DNA from: a virus
Direction: 5' to 3' (one strand)
Length of the DNA: 55,492 nt
IMG/VR virus record: IMGVR_UViG_3300045988_065224
Coordinates: 1 to 55,492 of that record
In this document: piece after piece, positions 1 to 7,864 of the stretch
Position numbering within the stretch: the stretch's first letter is position 1
Layout of the letters: the number at the start of each line of letters is the position of its first letter
Notes under the pieces: generated by a model
The model's database searches: none
Seen by the model: the letters and a program-made list of their open reading frames with translations, nothing else
Told to the model about the DNA's origin: nothing
Position numbers and translations under genes: made by a program

Positions 1-55
1 CTTTCATAAATTCCTCCTATTTCTTATTAGTTAGCCAGATAATGGCAAGGATAAT
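1..55. repeat. 55-bp terminal direct repeat, identical to 55438..55492; consistent with the assembly overlap of a circular contig
   Basis: Bases 1-55 and 55438-55492 read identically (ctttcataaattcctcct...ggcaaggataat). Gene 55190..55444 and its RBS continue seamlessly across the junction. Confidence 0.9.
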
Positions 56-109
56 CCAACCAACAGGTGGTGTGCAAAGCAATACGAGAGTTCCGAGTGA
101 TTTTTTCAT
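17..109 (-). CDS. small hydrophobic peptide (30 aa), hypothetical
   Basis: ATG at 109, right after the stop of 111..245. Translates to MKKSLGTLVLLCTPPVGWIILAIIWLTNKK with one TM-like stretch. Below the ORF-track cutoff and partly inside the terminal overlap. Confidence 0.4.
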   Translation of the reverse strand: MKKSLGTLVLLCTPPVGWIILAIIWLTNKK

Positions 110-110
110 T

Positions 111-245
111 TTAGTTACATCCTTTCGCAAATTCTTCAATTACATTAACCCATTGTGGGGCAGCTGTTTCGTTTCCGTTTTTATCTACGGTGTATACCAT
201 ATCGCCATCTAGATCAATACCTAACATTAATAATGATTTTTCCAT
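111..245 (-). CDS. hypothetical small protein (44 aa)
   Basis: Internal ATG of ORF 111..425, preceded by GGAGGAAATTAAA. The longer form overlaps 265..951 out of frame, so the short form is preferred. Confidence 0.5.
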   Translation of the reverse strand: MEKSLLMLGIDLDGDMVYTVDKNGNETAAPQWVNVIEEFAKGCN

Positions 246-264
246 TTTAATTTCCTCCAAATAT

Positions 265-921
265 TTAAACCTCAACAGGTTGTGGGAAGTTGATTTTAAA
301 TCCACCTCCACGAGCAGCCACAATACGTGCACCAGCAAGTCCTTGACCTCCAGCGTTAATTGTCCAACCAAAGGATTGGTCAGTAAATTTAGCCGGTTGG
401 TCTGACAGTTCATAGAAATCCCCAACAGTCACAATACCATATGCGTCCAAATTTGCAAGCATAATATTAAACACTTCCTGCGCATCCTGACGGGTCTCGA
501 AAATGATTTCTTCGACCTGGTTAGACGCTCGTCGATTACGTTTTGCATATGACTGAGTGTAGTCATTTTGATATGCGTCCATCCGTGTAACATTCGTTAC
601 GCCACGCCCCCAGTACCCTGAAGAATTTCTACGAGCATGGATATAGTCTGGTCCGAAAATAGCACGCTGCACGGCTGTCATAGCCATATCCGCAATACCA
701 TTTTGTAAGCTAGGCACAATTACCTCATGGAACATGTGCGATGACCAACCACGGAATCCTTCTTCGCCGAAGAACACATTTCCCACCCATTTTGCAACCC
801 CGGCCTTTTTCACACGGCCTTTTGCCACTGGCTGGACATGCTTGTCAAGGATTTCATTTGCTTCATCCAAGGGATTAATTTTTCTAGGTACTTTGTTGTA
901 GTCTGTTTTTTGTTTTGTCAT
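265..921 (-). CDS. hypothetical protein (218 aa)
   Basis: ORF 265..951 trimmed to ATG 921 (MTKQKTDY), which sits behind GGAAGGAAACT and abuts the stop of 918..1163. Confidence 0.65.
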   Translation of the reverse strand: MTKQKTDYNKVPRKINPLDEANEILDKHVQPVAKGRVKKAGVAKWVGNVFFGEEGFRGWSSHMFHEVIVPSLQNGIADMAMTAVQRAIFGPDYIHARRNSSGYWGRGVTNVTRMDAYQNDYTQSYAKRNRRASNQVEEIIFETRQDAQEVFNIMLANLDAYGIVTVGDFYELSDQPAKFTDQSFGWTINAGGQGLAGARIVAARGGGFKINFPQPVEV

Positions 922-1163
922 AGTTTCCTTCCTTCTATCTCTGCCATCCAACTAGCATTAGATGGATTCATACGTTTTGTTACACCATCGATGTAATATT
1001 GCTCACCTTTATATGACGCAACGTCACGGTAAACGTTGATTTCGGTAGCTAAGTCAGCTAATAGTACATCTCTAGGTCCGTCTAGTGGAATATAGAACAT
1101 ACACGTTCCTCGAGTCAAACTATCAACCTTCACAGCCCCATAGTCTTCTAAACATAGTGCCAT
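918..1163 (-). CDS. hypothetical protein (81 aa)
   Basis: ORF-track ORF in the co-directional, tightly packed gene array. Confidence 0.6.
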   Translation of the reverse strand: MALCLEDYGAVKVDSLTRGTCMFYIPLDGPRDVLLADLATEINVYRDVASYKGEQYYIDGVTKRMNPSNASWMAEIEGRKL

Positions 1164-1170
1164 AATTTAT

Positions 1171-1353
1171 TTAGTCCGGCTTTTCATTATTTGTATACCC
1201 CCATGAATATGTCAATAATCCCACGGAACCTGCAGGAATAAGAGTTGACAATAAAGCGTCCAAATGGAACACGTAGATCAACGCTAAGTAAATCATCATA
1301 TACGTAGCGAATGATACACCAACAATGAATAATAGCCCTAATAAAGCTTTCAC
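1171..1353 (-). CDS. small membrane protein (60 aa, two hydrophobic segments)
   Basis: GTG start behind AAAGGAGGAAACCCG. Sequence LLGLLFIVGVSFATYMMIYLALIYVF plus a second hydrophobic stretch. Confidence 0.6.
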   Translation of the reverse strand: MKALLGLLFIVGVSFATYMMIYLALIYVFHLDALLSTLIPAGSVGLLTYSWGYTNNEKPD

Positions 1354-1378
1354 CGGGTTTCCTCCTTTAAATATAGAT

Positions 1379-1411
1379 AAAAAAGAATACCGAGAGTAAT
1401 TCTCAGTATTC
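1379..1411 (-). terminator. rho-independent terminator after 1421..1726
   Basis: Minus strand GAATACTGAGA-loop-TCTCGGTATTC (11-bp stem) followed by TTTTTT. Confidence 0.6.
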
Positions 1412-1420
1412 TAGTGAAAC

Positions 1421-1726
1421 TTAGTCTTCAGGTAGTGTAAAATCACCTTCCAACACTTCGCCATTTTCGGATGCTTCGGACGAGTTCTTAATGCGATCGC
1501 CAACAACTTTGACAACAACGCCACCAACGATAACACCCGCAGTTAACATCAAGAGACGCTTAACAACTGGTCTAACGGCAACGATTGTTTGTACAACCTT
1601 TTCCTTAGTAGTCAGTTCTTTAGCCACTTGAGTTTGTGGTGTTTCCTCGGTTTGTGTCACCAAGTTTTCAGTAACCTCGTTAAGTTCTTCCTTAACTTCT
1701 TCAATTTTTGAAACGTTTTCTGACAT
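1421..1726 (-). CDS. hypothetical protein with acidic N-terminus and C-proximal hydrophobic segment (101 aa)
   Basis: RBS AAAGGAGGA upstream of the ATG. Directly downstream of promoter-motif copy 1. Confidence 0.7.
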   Translation of the reverse strand: MSENVSKIEEVKEELNEVTENLVTQTEETPQTQVAKELTTKEKVVQTIVAVRPVVKRLLMLTAGVIVGGVVVKVVGDRIKNSSEASENGEVLEGDFTLPED

Positions 1727-1754
1727 GATAATGTCCTCCTTTAATTTTATTTTG

Positions 1755-1784
1755 TTTCATTATAGGCTATGTATTTTCTGCGAA
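1755..1784 (-). promoter_or_regulatory. conserved promoter-like motif, copy 1
   Basis: Minus strand TTCGCAGAAAATACATAGCCTATAATGAAA, with GCAG-11 nt-2 nt-TATAAT spacing. Fills the gap between the stop of 1785..1976 and the RBS of 1421..1726. Confidence 0.55.
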
Positions 1785-1976
1785 CTATCTACCATAATGT
1801 AGATCGCCATTGCTATCCTCATATTCAATCCAGTGATCCATCATGTCCGGACCTTCTTGTAACTCTCTACCAGTAGGAGTACAGAATTCCTCGTTCCCAT
1901 TAGATGTTTCGAACGCCTTTTGGAAAATACCATTTCTATCGATTTCAACAAAACGTGGATATGTTACTTCGCTCAT
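1785..1976 (-). CDS. hypothetical protein (63 aa)
   Basis: ORF-track ORF with GTGAGGTAAAAAT before the ATG. Confidence 0.6.
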   Translation of the reverse strand: MSEVTYPRFVEIDRNGIFQKAFETSNGNEEFCTPTGRELQEGPDMMDHWIEYEDSNGDLHYGR

Positions 1977-2001
1977 ATTTTTACCTCACTATTTTATCTA
2001 A

Positions 2002-2265
2002 TTACAATCCTTCAGTACACAAAGCTTCGCCAGAAAATAATGGAACCTCTGGTAGATTTTTCTTCGTACGAATATCGTTGATCAGTCTATAAATTTCATT
2101 GACCTTATATTTACAGAACTTCTTAACACCGGCTTTCTCTAAAGTCATAGCGTAAGAATATCTCGGACGATGAAATTCGTCATGGTATAATTCTTTTGAA
2201 TATACTGCAGCAGCTTTAGCAAGAGCCTCTACATATTTCTTAGGATTGTATGGAAATTTATTCAT
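2002..2265 (-). CDS. hypothetical protein (87 aa)
   Basis: ORF-track ORF. Its start overlaps the stop of the small upstream ORF. Confidence 0.6.
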   Translation of the reverse strand: MNKFPYNPKKYVEALAKAAAVYSKELYHDEFHRPRYSYAMTLEKAGVKKFCKYKVNEIYRLINDIRTKKNLPEVPLFSGEALCTEGL

Positions 2266-2404
2266 CAGCGTCGTCCCTTCTTAAATGAATTAGATAATGC
2301 GTGTTTGGAATTTCAATTTCCAATTCCTTCTCGCAATATTTGAATTGCTCTGCTAAGTGCATCATGTCATCATCCGACATTGTGATATGAATATGGTGTT
2401 TCAT
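2258..2404 (-). CDS. hypothetical small protein (48 aa)
   Basis: The ATG overlaps the stop of 2404..2907 (TAATG) and the stop overlaps the start of 2002..2265. Translates to MKHHIHITMSDDDMMHLAEQFKYCEKELEIEIPNTHYLIHLRRDDADE. Below the ORF-track cutoff. Confidence 0.45.
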   Translation of the reverse strand: MKHHIHITMSDDDMMHLAEQFKYCEKELEIEIPNTHYLIHLRRDDADE

Positions 2405-2907
2405 TACTTGAGATAATCCTTTCCCATAATTTTTCTGATTTGCTCCAATGTAGATTCTGTGTTGACATAATATCTATCATAAATTGTATCTACTATGTCG
2501 AAAAAATATAGAAGTCGGTCTTTGTCCATATCAATATAGTTTGCATATGGAGTGAACGGTATATTTTCTCCTATGATTGATAGTTTGTCATCATAGTAAA
2601 ATCCCTCCGCCAAACTAACGATAAGCTCATCTACCAAACATCTAGTTATTTTCCACATGTATAACTCACTGTCAAGTTTACCAACTTTATCGGATACCAT
2701 AAGTAATCCAAAGATATACTTTTTGTACTCCTCATCAAATTTAACCCTCGTCCAGCTTTTAATAAGACGATCAATATACCAATCCTCTATACAAAATATC
2801 TCTTGTAATGGAAGATTACGCAAGTTACCAACAACCGCGTCGTAAAAATCGTCCCTAGACAATATGAGGGTATATTGTCCCGTATGCCTCATCTGTTCAG
2901 CCCTCAC
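2404..2907 (-). CDS. hypothetical protein; tandem paralog of 2897..3403
   Basis: ORF-track ORF. Shares LPLxxxxxI...W(T)...EEYKxY...LYxxxIxR...YY pattern with its neighbour. The start could instead be the ATG at 2892. Confidence 0.65.
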   Translation of the reverse strand: MRAEQMRHTGQYTLILSRDDFYDAVVGNLRNLPLQEIFCIEDWYIDRLIKSWTRVKFDEEYKKYIFGLLMVSDKVGKLDSELYMWKITRCLVDELIVSLAEGFYYDDKLSIIGENIPFTPYANYIDMDKDRLLYFFDIVDTIYDRYYVNTESTLEQIRKIMGKDYLK

Positions 2908-3403
2908 TGTTTGTGTTATTGTCCAACACTTTTTGGTAGTATTTGTTGAACTCTTGTTTGAGTTCTTGTGCGCTCATATATGCTCGGCGATTATCAGGAT
3001 TATCCTCGATTTTATCGCCGGTTTGCTGAATTAGTTCGTAAAGCAATTGGTAGTTTTCGTAGTCAATATCTGCAGAACCAAATACTGTGTTATAATATTT
3101 GGTTTCCAGCAGTGCAATCATCATGTTTCCGATAATCTTGCGAGCGATACGAAAGTAATATAAATCCATATCTAAAATTTGCATGTCTGACGGAATAGTC
3201 ATAATGAACTGGAAGTACTGTTTGTACTCCTCATTAGCAGGCACAAACCCATTAGCATCGGGTTCGGTCCATGCGGAAATGTATTTGTCAAGTTCAGCCT
3301 GCGGAATAAGCAGAAAATCATCTAATGGCATTGCTCGTACCATATCAATGACCGTCTGTTTGAATTCTCCAGACGTCTTAACAATCGGTCTGTTGTGCGT
3401 CAT
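2897..3403 (-). CDS. hypothetical protein; tandem paralog of 2404..2907
   Basis: ORF-track ORF with AAAGGAGGTAAACA before the ATG. Confidence 0.65.
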   Translation of the reverse strand: MTHNRPIVKTSGEFKQTVIDMVRAMPLDDFLLIPQAELDKYISAWTEPDANGFVPANEEYKQYFQFIMTIPSDMQILDMDLYYFRIARKIIGNMMIALLETKYYNTVFGSADIDYENYQLLYELIQQTGDKIEDNPDNRRAYMSAQELKQEFNKYYQKVLDNNTNSEG

Positions 3404-3415
3404 TGTTTACCTCCT

Positions 3416-3640
3416 TTATAAATTTTCATAAATACTTACCATAATAAATAAGTAAATAAATAGAACGAATAGCATTAAACATGCTGCTATTAAGCATCCT
3501 AGAAAGCCCATAGTAATTGTCAAATGAATAAGAAGTTCCAAGCAGGATAACTCGATAGCTATAAAAATAAATGTTAGGGCGATCATCAAAAGTAAATCTG
3601 ACAAATTGTAATCAATTAATTCGACAAGCTTCTCTTTCAT
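3416..3640 (-). CDS. small multi-pass membrane protein (74 aa)
   Basis: Three hydrophobic stretches (LLLMIALTFIFIAI, MGFLGCLIAACLMLFVLFIYLFIMV). AAGGGGGTAGACG before the ATG. Confidence 0.6.
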   Translation of the reverse strand: MKEKLVELIDYNLSDLLLMIALTFIFIAIELSCLELLIHLTITMGFLGCLIAACLMLFVLFIYLFIMVSIYENL

Positions 3641-3983
3641 CGTCTACCCCCTTGTGTAAAAATTCTCGAAGAATCTTTTTGAGCATATCCATCTTAGAAT
3701 TCAATTCATCATTACCATAGCAATATAATGTAGTGAAATATAGATTTGTCTTGTCATCAAAAACAATAGGATCAATATCGATAATAAGGAAAGTATCCGG
3801 ATACTCATCAACAGCCTCTAGAAAATATTTTGTTTCCAGAAGTTCGACATTATTCCTAATAGTTCGATATCTTTCGATTGAATCTTTGATGATATTAAGA
3901 TTAGATGTCTCGATTCTTAAAATAAAAGCATTTTCGTCATTTGGACTTAGTTGTCCATTAACATTATAAATTGGTTCTCCCAT
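3612..3983 (-). CDS. hypothetical protein; member of a tandem paralog trio
   Basis: ORF 3612..4004 trimmed to ATG 3983 (MGEPIYNV) behind TAAGGAGGAACCATAAA. Confidence 0.6.
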   Translation of the reverse strand: MGEPIYNVNGQLSPNDENAFILRIETSNLNIIKDSIERYRTIRNNVELLETKYFLEAVDEYPDTFLIIDIDPIVFDDKTNLYFTTLYCYGNDELNSKMDMLKKILREFLHKGVDDEREACRIN

Positions 3984-3984
3984 T

Positions 3985-4320
3985 TTATGGTTCCTCCTTA
4001 TCAAAATAGTACTTTCTAACTATTTCTTTTGTTGTCATCTTTTCATTGTAAACACCATAACCAAATACTGTAAAAGTCCATCGGTCATCCCTAACATTAT
4101 ATGATAGAGGAGTAACTTCAGTGATTATGCCTGCTTTGAAAAAGTTTAATTCGTCGCATAGCATCTCGGGTTCGATTTTATGAATCGCGTCTGACATAGC
4201 AGAATATCTTATGTAATCTGCCTTTGCTTGATCGTCATGAGTATAACTAATAAATACTTGGAACTTATTATTACCAGGATATTTAACATGCTTTCTCACG
4301 ATTCTTGATGGTTCACACAT
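3985..4320 (-). CDS. hypothetical protein; member of a tandem paralog trio
   Basis: ORF-track ORF with GGAGGAGGTATAA before the ATG. Confidence 0.6.
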   Translation of the reverse strand: MCEPSRIVRKHVKYPGNNKFQVFISYTHDDQAKADYIRYSAMSDAIHKIEPEMLCDELNFFKAGIITEVTPLSYNVRDDRWTFTVFGYGVYNEKMTTKEIVRKYYFDKEEP

Positions 4321-4638
4321 TTATACCTCCTCCAAAATACTTTCAAGTTTATATTTTGCATACGATTCAACAAAATCTTTTCTTGTATGTAAATTTTCTT
4401 CTGTATATAGGACAATGCTAAATATCCATGTATTGGATACCTCAACATAGGTTATTGGTGAAACATCAACGACAATATACTTTTCAGCGTCTAACTCATT
4501 ACCTGAAAGTATTAAAAAATCACTTTGGCCCAATATTCGAATATCATTAATCATGTACGTATAATATTCATGAAAATATTCCACGGCCGATTGATCTTGA
4601 TAGCAATAGTTTAAAATTTTCTCTTTCCTATTTAACAT
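4321..4638 (-). CDS. hypothetical protein; member of a tandem paralog trio
   Basis: ORF-track ORF with GTGAGGTAGAAGA before the ATG. Confidence 0.6.
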   Translation of the reverse strand: MLNRKEKILNYCYQDQSAVEYFHEYYTYMINDIRILGQSDFLILSGNELDAEKYIVVDVSPITYVEVSNTWIFSIVLYTEENLHTRKDFVESYAKYKLESILEEV

Positions 4639-4679
4639 TCTTCTACCTCACAAAAAAAGAAAGGGATAAGTTAATCCCT

Positions 4680-4970
4680 TTATTTGAAAAATCGATTTGA
4701 CACAACCGACCACATCTTAGACGAGATGATATTGAATTGTTCAAAATTCAATACAGCAGCTAGTCCTAAGATATTCACAATAGCTTGGAACAATTGCTCA
4801 GGCTTCACTTTATATTTTTGCTGTTCATTACGAACCGCAACAAGTTTAGCAAGCTTGAGATTTAGATCCATGATCTCCGCGTTATCCTCGGACAGTGCCA
4901 TCTGAATTTTGATCTCTTCAATCTGCATGTCAAGACCGTCGTATAATATAGCCATCATAATTTTTCTCAT
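4680..4970 (-). CDS. hypothetical protein (96 aa) with C-terminal hydrophobic segment
   Basis: ORF 4680..5039 trimmed to ATG 4970 (MRKIMMAILY) behind GAAAGGAAGG. The discarded 5' part is promoter-motif copy 2. Confidence 0.6.
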   Translation of the reverse strand: MRKIMMAILYDGLDMQIEEIKIQMALSEDNAEIMDLNLKLAKLVAVRNEQQKYKVKPEQLFQAIVNILGLAAVLNFEQFNIISSKMWSVVSNRFFK

Positions 4971-4983
4971 ATGATTTACCTTC

Positions 4984-5013
4984 CTTTCATTATAGCATAG
5001 GGAAATCCTGCGG
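4984..5013 (-). promoter_or_regulatory. conserved promoter-like motif, copy 2
   Basis: Minus strand CCGCAGGATTTCCCTATGCTATAATGAAAG with the same invariant spacing. Overlaps the last codons and stop of 4990..5364. Confidence 0.5.
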
Positions 5014-5364
5014 AGAATATATACTACGTACTGGCTCAAATCGAGCTGGTGGTAGCATTGGGGGTTCTAGTAAGGGTCTCAGAATTAAAATATAGATTGG
5101 GGTATCAAATCCATCATGTTTCTCTTTCCTAATACTTACTAAAATATGTGGTTTTTCCAGAAAATCCACAATCATATAGTTCATCTTGATAAATGCTCCC
5201 GAAAGCTTATACCACCAATGAAATGATTTAATTATAGGATTTCCTATAAAACAAATTTTAACTTTGTCAGTATTATTAGAAGTAATATAATTATGTGTTT
5301 CATATGAATCGACAAGCGCCGAATATACCTTATTATCGAATTCAATTATAAGTCTACCTATCAT
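4990..5364 (-). CDS. hypothetical protein (124 aa); paralog of 5451..5699
   Basis: ORF 4990..5382 trimmed to ATG 5364 (MIGRLIIEF) behind GGTGG. The N-terminus resembles MAKIDRVIIEVNDNVYS of the upstream gene. Confidence 0.55.
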   Translation of the reverse strand: MIGRLIIEFDNKVYSALVDSYETHNYITSNNTDKVKICFIGNPIIKSFHWWYKLSGAFIKMNYMIVDFLEKPHILVSIRKEKHDGFDTPIYILILRPLLEPPMLPPARFEPVRSIYSPQDFPML

Positions 5365-5450
5365 TTTAACCACCATTAACAATATACGGAGCTTCTAAGT
5401 TAATAACTAAAAGACGGCTATCCATTTGTATGCCTCTCATAAAAAATACA

Positions 5451-5699
5451 TCAACTATTGGAACTCCTTGTAGTACCAATGTGCATTTTGATTTTTTTAA
5501 TTCCTCTAAAATTTGAACAAGATCTATCTACGACATCGTTAACAAAATTCTTATTATAAGGAATGATGACCGAAAGTTTAGTAACTGGCATTGGGTGATT
5601 TACATTATAGTAGTATTCTGTCTCGTCCCAAAATGTAGGATTTAAGAATGAATATACATTATCGTTAACTTCAATAATAACGCGATCAATTTTAGCCAT
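5451..5699 (-). CDS. hypothetical protein (82 aa); shorter paralog of 4990..5364
   Basis: ORF-track ORF. IDRVIIEVNDNVYSFL compares with IGRLIIEFDNKVYSAL in the neighbour. Confidence 0.5.
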   Translation of the reverse strand: MAKIDRVIIEVNDNVYSFLNPTFWDETEYYYNVNHPMPVTKLSVIIPYNKNFVNDVVDRSCSNFRGIKKIKMHIGTTRSSNS

Positions 5700-5989
5700 T
5701 ATTCATCTCCAAACATTTCTCGCAATTCATCATTTTGATCCTTGAGAAACATAGACTCGCCTAGTTTACCTTCTTCAGAAATAGCTTCGTTTAGGGAACG
5801 ATTGTATCTTGTGTTACGACGTCCCAAGATAAGATACCCAAGAGCAGTAACAGCTCCCGTTAGAAAAATACCCAACGCATTATTAATTTGTTCCTGAGAA
5901 CGTCCGTCGAGTTGTCCTCGGTAATATGCTTCTTGCATATCTTTGTCATCAAATTCAACTTCCTCAATTTTAAATAACTTTTTAAACAT
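5699..5989 (-). CDS. hypothetical protein with central hydrophobic segment (96 aa)
   Basis: ORF-track ORF with start/stop overlaps on both sides. Contains LGIFLTGAVTALGYLILG. Confidence 0.6.
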   Translation of the reverse strand: MFKKLFKIEEVEFDDKDMQEAYYRGQLDGRSQEQINNALGIFLTGAVTALGYLILGRRNTRYNRSLNEAISEEGKLGESMFLKDQNDELREMFGDE

Positions 5990-6330
5990 TATACTACCTC
6001 ACTAATAATTTTTTCGATTACTTTCATTATCACTTTGAGATCCAAGATTTCTTTAAAAGTAAGTCTACGATTACAATACCCATACTTAACTATAAGGTTC
6101 AATAGGGTTGTCATACCGTAAACAACCTCGGCTATTTTTAAAAACGAATTCAAATCACGTGCGGCATCCGCTTTTTCTTGTAAATATATAAGTTTGTCGA
6201 GATCTTCACGTAAAGTTTCGATACTACTTAAACATAGTTTACGCGTTGATTTATTGAAAAATAACCAAGTCAAAAACGTTGACCGAGTTTTAACAGTGTC
6301 ATTATTAAGAATATAGTTCATTTCTTGCAT
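5989..6330 (-). CDS. hypothetical protein
   Basis: ORF 5989..6411 trimmed to an ATG behind AAGGAGCTTG. The longer form overlaps 6305..6601 by more than 100 nt. Confidence 0.55.
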   Translation of the reverse strand: MQEMNYILNNDTVKTRSTFLTWLFFNKSTRKLCLSSIETLREDLDKLIYLQEKADAARDLNSFLKIAEVVYGMTTLLNLIVKYGYCNRRLTFKEILDLKVIMKVIEKIISEVV

Positions 6331-6601
6331 CATCAAGCTCCTTAAATAATTCTTGCAGTTCTTGGTCATTGTCCATGTTTTGATATACTTCTTTCGCTGC
6401 TTTGTGTGCAAGACCTCTTGTTAAAACACCAATCCCGCAAACAATAAAACTAGCCACGCTAAGGTAAACGGCCGATTTCACAATCTTTTGGCCAAAATCT
6501 TCTGCTGAGTCAATCATAGCCAAATCTTCCCCATAGTGCTCATCAACGTGTTTGATAACATTAAGTTCTTTTTCTAAAAAGTCTGTTTTAACTTCCAACA
6601 T
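6305..6601 (-). CDS. hypothetical membrane protein (98 aa)
   Basis: ORF-track ORF with hydrophobic stretch AVYLSVASFIVCGIGVL. Confidence 0.6.
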   Translation of the reverse strand: MLEVKTDFLEKELNVIKHVDEHYGEDLAMIDSAEDFGQKIVKSAVYLSVASFIVCGIGVLTRGLAHKAAKEVYQNMDNDQELQELFKELDDARNELYS

Positions 6602-6602
6602 A

Positions 6603-6767
6603 TTATTTACCTTCTTTCTTTTGTTTCAATGCTAGATATGCTCCAACGATAACCCCAGCAATAAGTCCGTGCTTCCAGCCAAGTTTAACGACGGCCTTTT
6701 TGATAGGCTTTACTGGAATTGGTTTGCGATGGTAGATCATTGTGATTTGGTTGTAGTTGTATTTCAT
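6603..6767 (-). CDS. small membrane protein (54 aa)
   Basis: ATG 6767 behind AGAAAGGAAC. Translates to MKYNYNQITMIYHRKPIPVKPIKKAVVKLGWKHGLIAGVIVGAYLALKQKKEGK. Below the ORF-track cutoff. Confidence 0.45.
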   Translation of the reverse strand: MKYNYNQITMIYHRKPIPVKPIKKAVVKLGWKHGLIAGVIVGAYLALKQKKEGK

Positions 6768-6790
6768 AGTAAGTTCCTTTCTAAATTTGA

Positions 6791-6817
6791 AAAAAGAAGA
6801 GGATAATCAAATCCTCT
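6791..6817 (-). terminator. rho-independent terminator
   Basis: Minus strand AGAGGAT-TTGATT-ATCCTCT followed by TCTTTTTT. Overlaps the stop of 6816..6914. Confidence 0.55.
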
Positions 6818-6914
6818 ATTTAAATAATTTTCCAACAAAGTTGAATAGTCCCGCGATAATATTCACGAAGAGCATTCCAAACAATGCTTTGAAAATATCT
6901 AAGATAGTTTTCAT
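6816..6914 (-). CDS. small hydrophobic peptide (32 aa)
   Basis: ATG 6914 behind AAAGGAGGATAAAAAAAA. Translates to MKTILDIFKALFGMLFVNIIAGLFNFVGKLFK. Confidence 0.4.
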   Translation of the reverse strand: MKTILDIFKALFGMLFVNIIAGLFNFVGKLFK

Positions 6915-6930
6915 TTTTTTTATCCTCCTT

Positions 6931-7113
6931 TTAAAAGCCTTCATTTCTAAGCTTGTTTAATACCTTTTGAACAGTAATTAGTCGTCTTTTATGGTATTCG
7001 CTATCTTCCGAAATATACCCTTGCTTTTCGAGTTTCTCTACATAAGACTCTTCAAGCACAGCGTATAACGCAAGTGTACGAAATCCAATTTCTCTAATAA
7101 TTCTTCTGAACAT
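6931..7113 (-). CDS. hypothetical protein (60 aa)
   Basis: ORF-track ORF with AAGGAGGACATACTT before the ATG. Downstream of promoter-motif copy 3. Confidence 0.6.
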   Translation of the reverse strand: MFRRIIREIGFRTLALYAVLEESYVEKLEKQGYISEDSEYHKRRLITVQKVLNKLRNEGF

Positions 7114-7140
7114 AAGTATGTCCTCCTTATAATAAATATT

Positions 7141-7169
7141 CTTTCATTATAGGATATGTAAAAGCTGCG
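7141..7169 (-). promoter_or_regulatory. conserved promoter-like motif, copy 3
   Basis: Minus strand CGCAGCTTTTACATATCCTATAATGAAAG, between the stop of 7172..7525 and the RBS of 6931..7113. Confidence 0.55.
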
Positions 7170-7171
7170 TG

Positions 7172-7525
7172 TTACGATGGGCTATTATGTTTAACTTCAA
7201 GTAACTCTTTCTTTAATACTTGTTGTTGAAGTTTAAGCATATCCAACGTTGTCATTTTGTTGTAGTTTTTTACAAAATCTACGAGTTCTTGTTTGGTATG
7301 AATATCCGTTTTAGTAAAATCTAGTATACAAATCTCATCATTATAATAATCCAAATAAGCAATAACCGCCTCAGATCTTGTTTCGGTAAATACACGAAAT
7401 ATAACATTATAACCGTTATTCAATTCATACAACCATACTTTTACTATATTCGGATAATTTAGAATTAATACAGGATTTTTACGATTTACTTGCGTTGGTT
7501 TTGTATGGAATTTTACTTCGCTCAT
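7172..7525 (-). CDS. hypothetical protein (117 aa)
   Basis: ORF-track ORF in the packed array. Confidence 0.65.
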   Translation of the reverse strand: MSEVKFHTKPTQVNRKNPVLILNYPNIVKVWLYELNNGYNVIFRVFTETRSEAVIAYLDYYNDEICILDFTKTDIHTKQELVDFVKNYNKMTTLDMLKLQQQVLKKELLEVKHNSPS

Positions 7526-7534
7526 TTTTCTACC

Positions 7535-7864
7535 TCACTTATCCAAATTCGCAATATTTTGTAATCGTGCAAATACTTCATCATTATGACTCATTACATA
7601 CATAATATCGTCGATCATTTCTAATGCAAATTTCTTTTTAAAATAGTCTCGAACATAATTAAGGTCTGCTCGAATATCTTCACTTTCAAATGTAAAAATA
7701 TTATCGTATTGATTAATCAATAACGTTGTAGCAGCTTTATCTACAGGATCTGTCAATCTAGGATAATCTACAATAGAAGATTTAATAGCATAGGATATAC
7801 CCATATCGCTCTTATATTTAGCAGCGATTGTCGGTACTGTAATGAAATTAATTGGTGTAGTCAT
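7535..7864 (-). CDS. hypothetical protein (109 aa)
   Basis: ORF-track ORF. Its ATG overlaps the stop of the upstream micro-ORF (ATGA). Confidence 0.65.
   Translation of the reverse strand: MTTPINFITVPTIAAKYKSDMGISYAIKSSIVDYPRLTDPVDKAATTLLINQYDNIFTFESEDIRADLNYVRDYFKKKFALEMIDDIMYVMSHNDEVFARLQNIANLDK

Noticed and set aside
1-55. Interpreting the terminal repeat as a biological direct terminal repeat (DTR) of the virion DNA.
   Set aside because: A repeat of exactly 55 bp is far shorter than typical DTRs and matches a common assembler k-mer. Genes run across it. It is treated as a circularisation overlap, and the termini remain undetermined.
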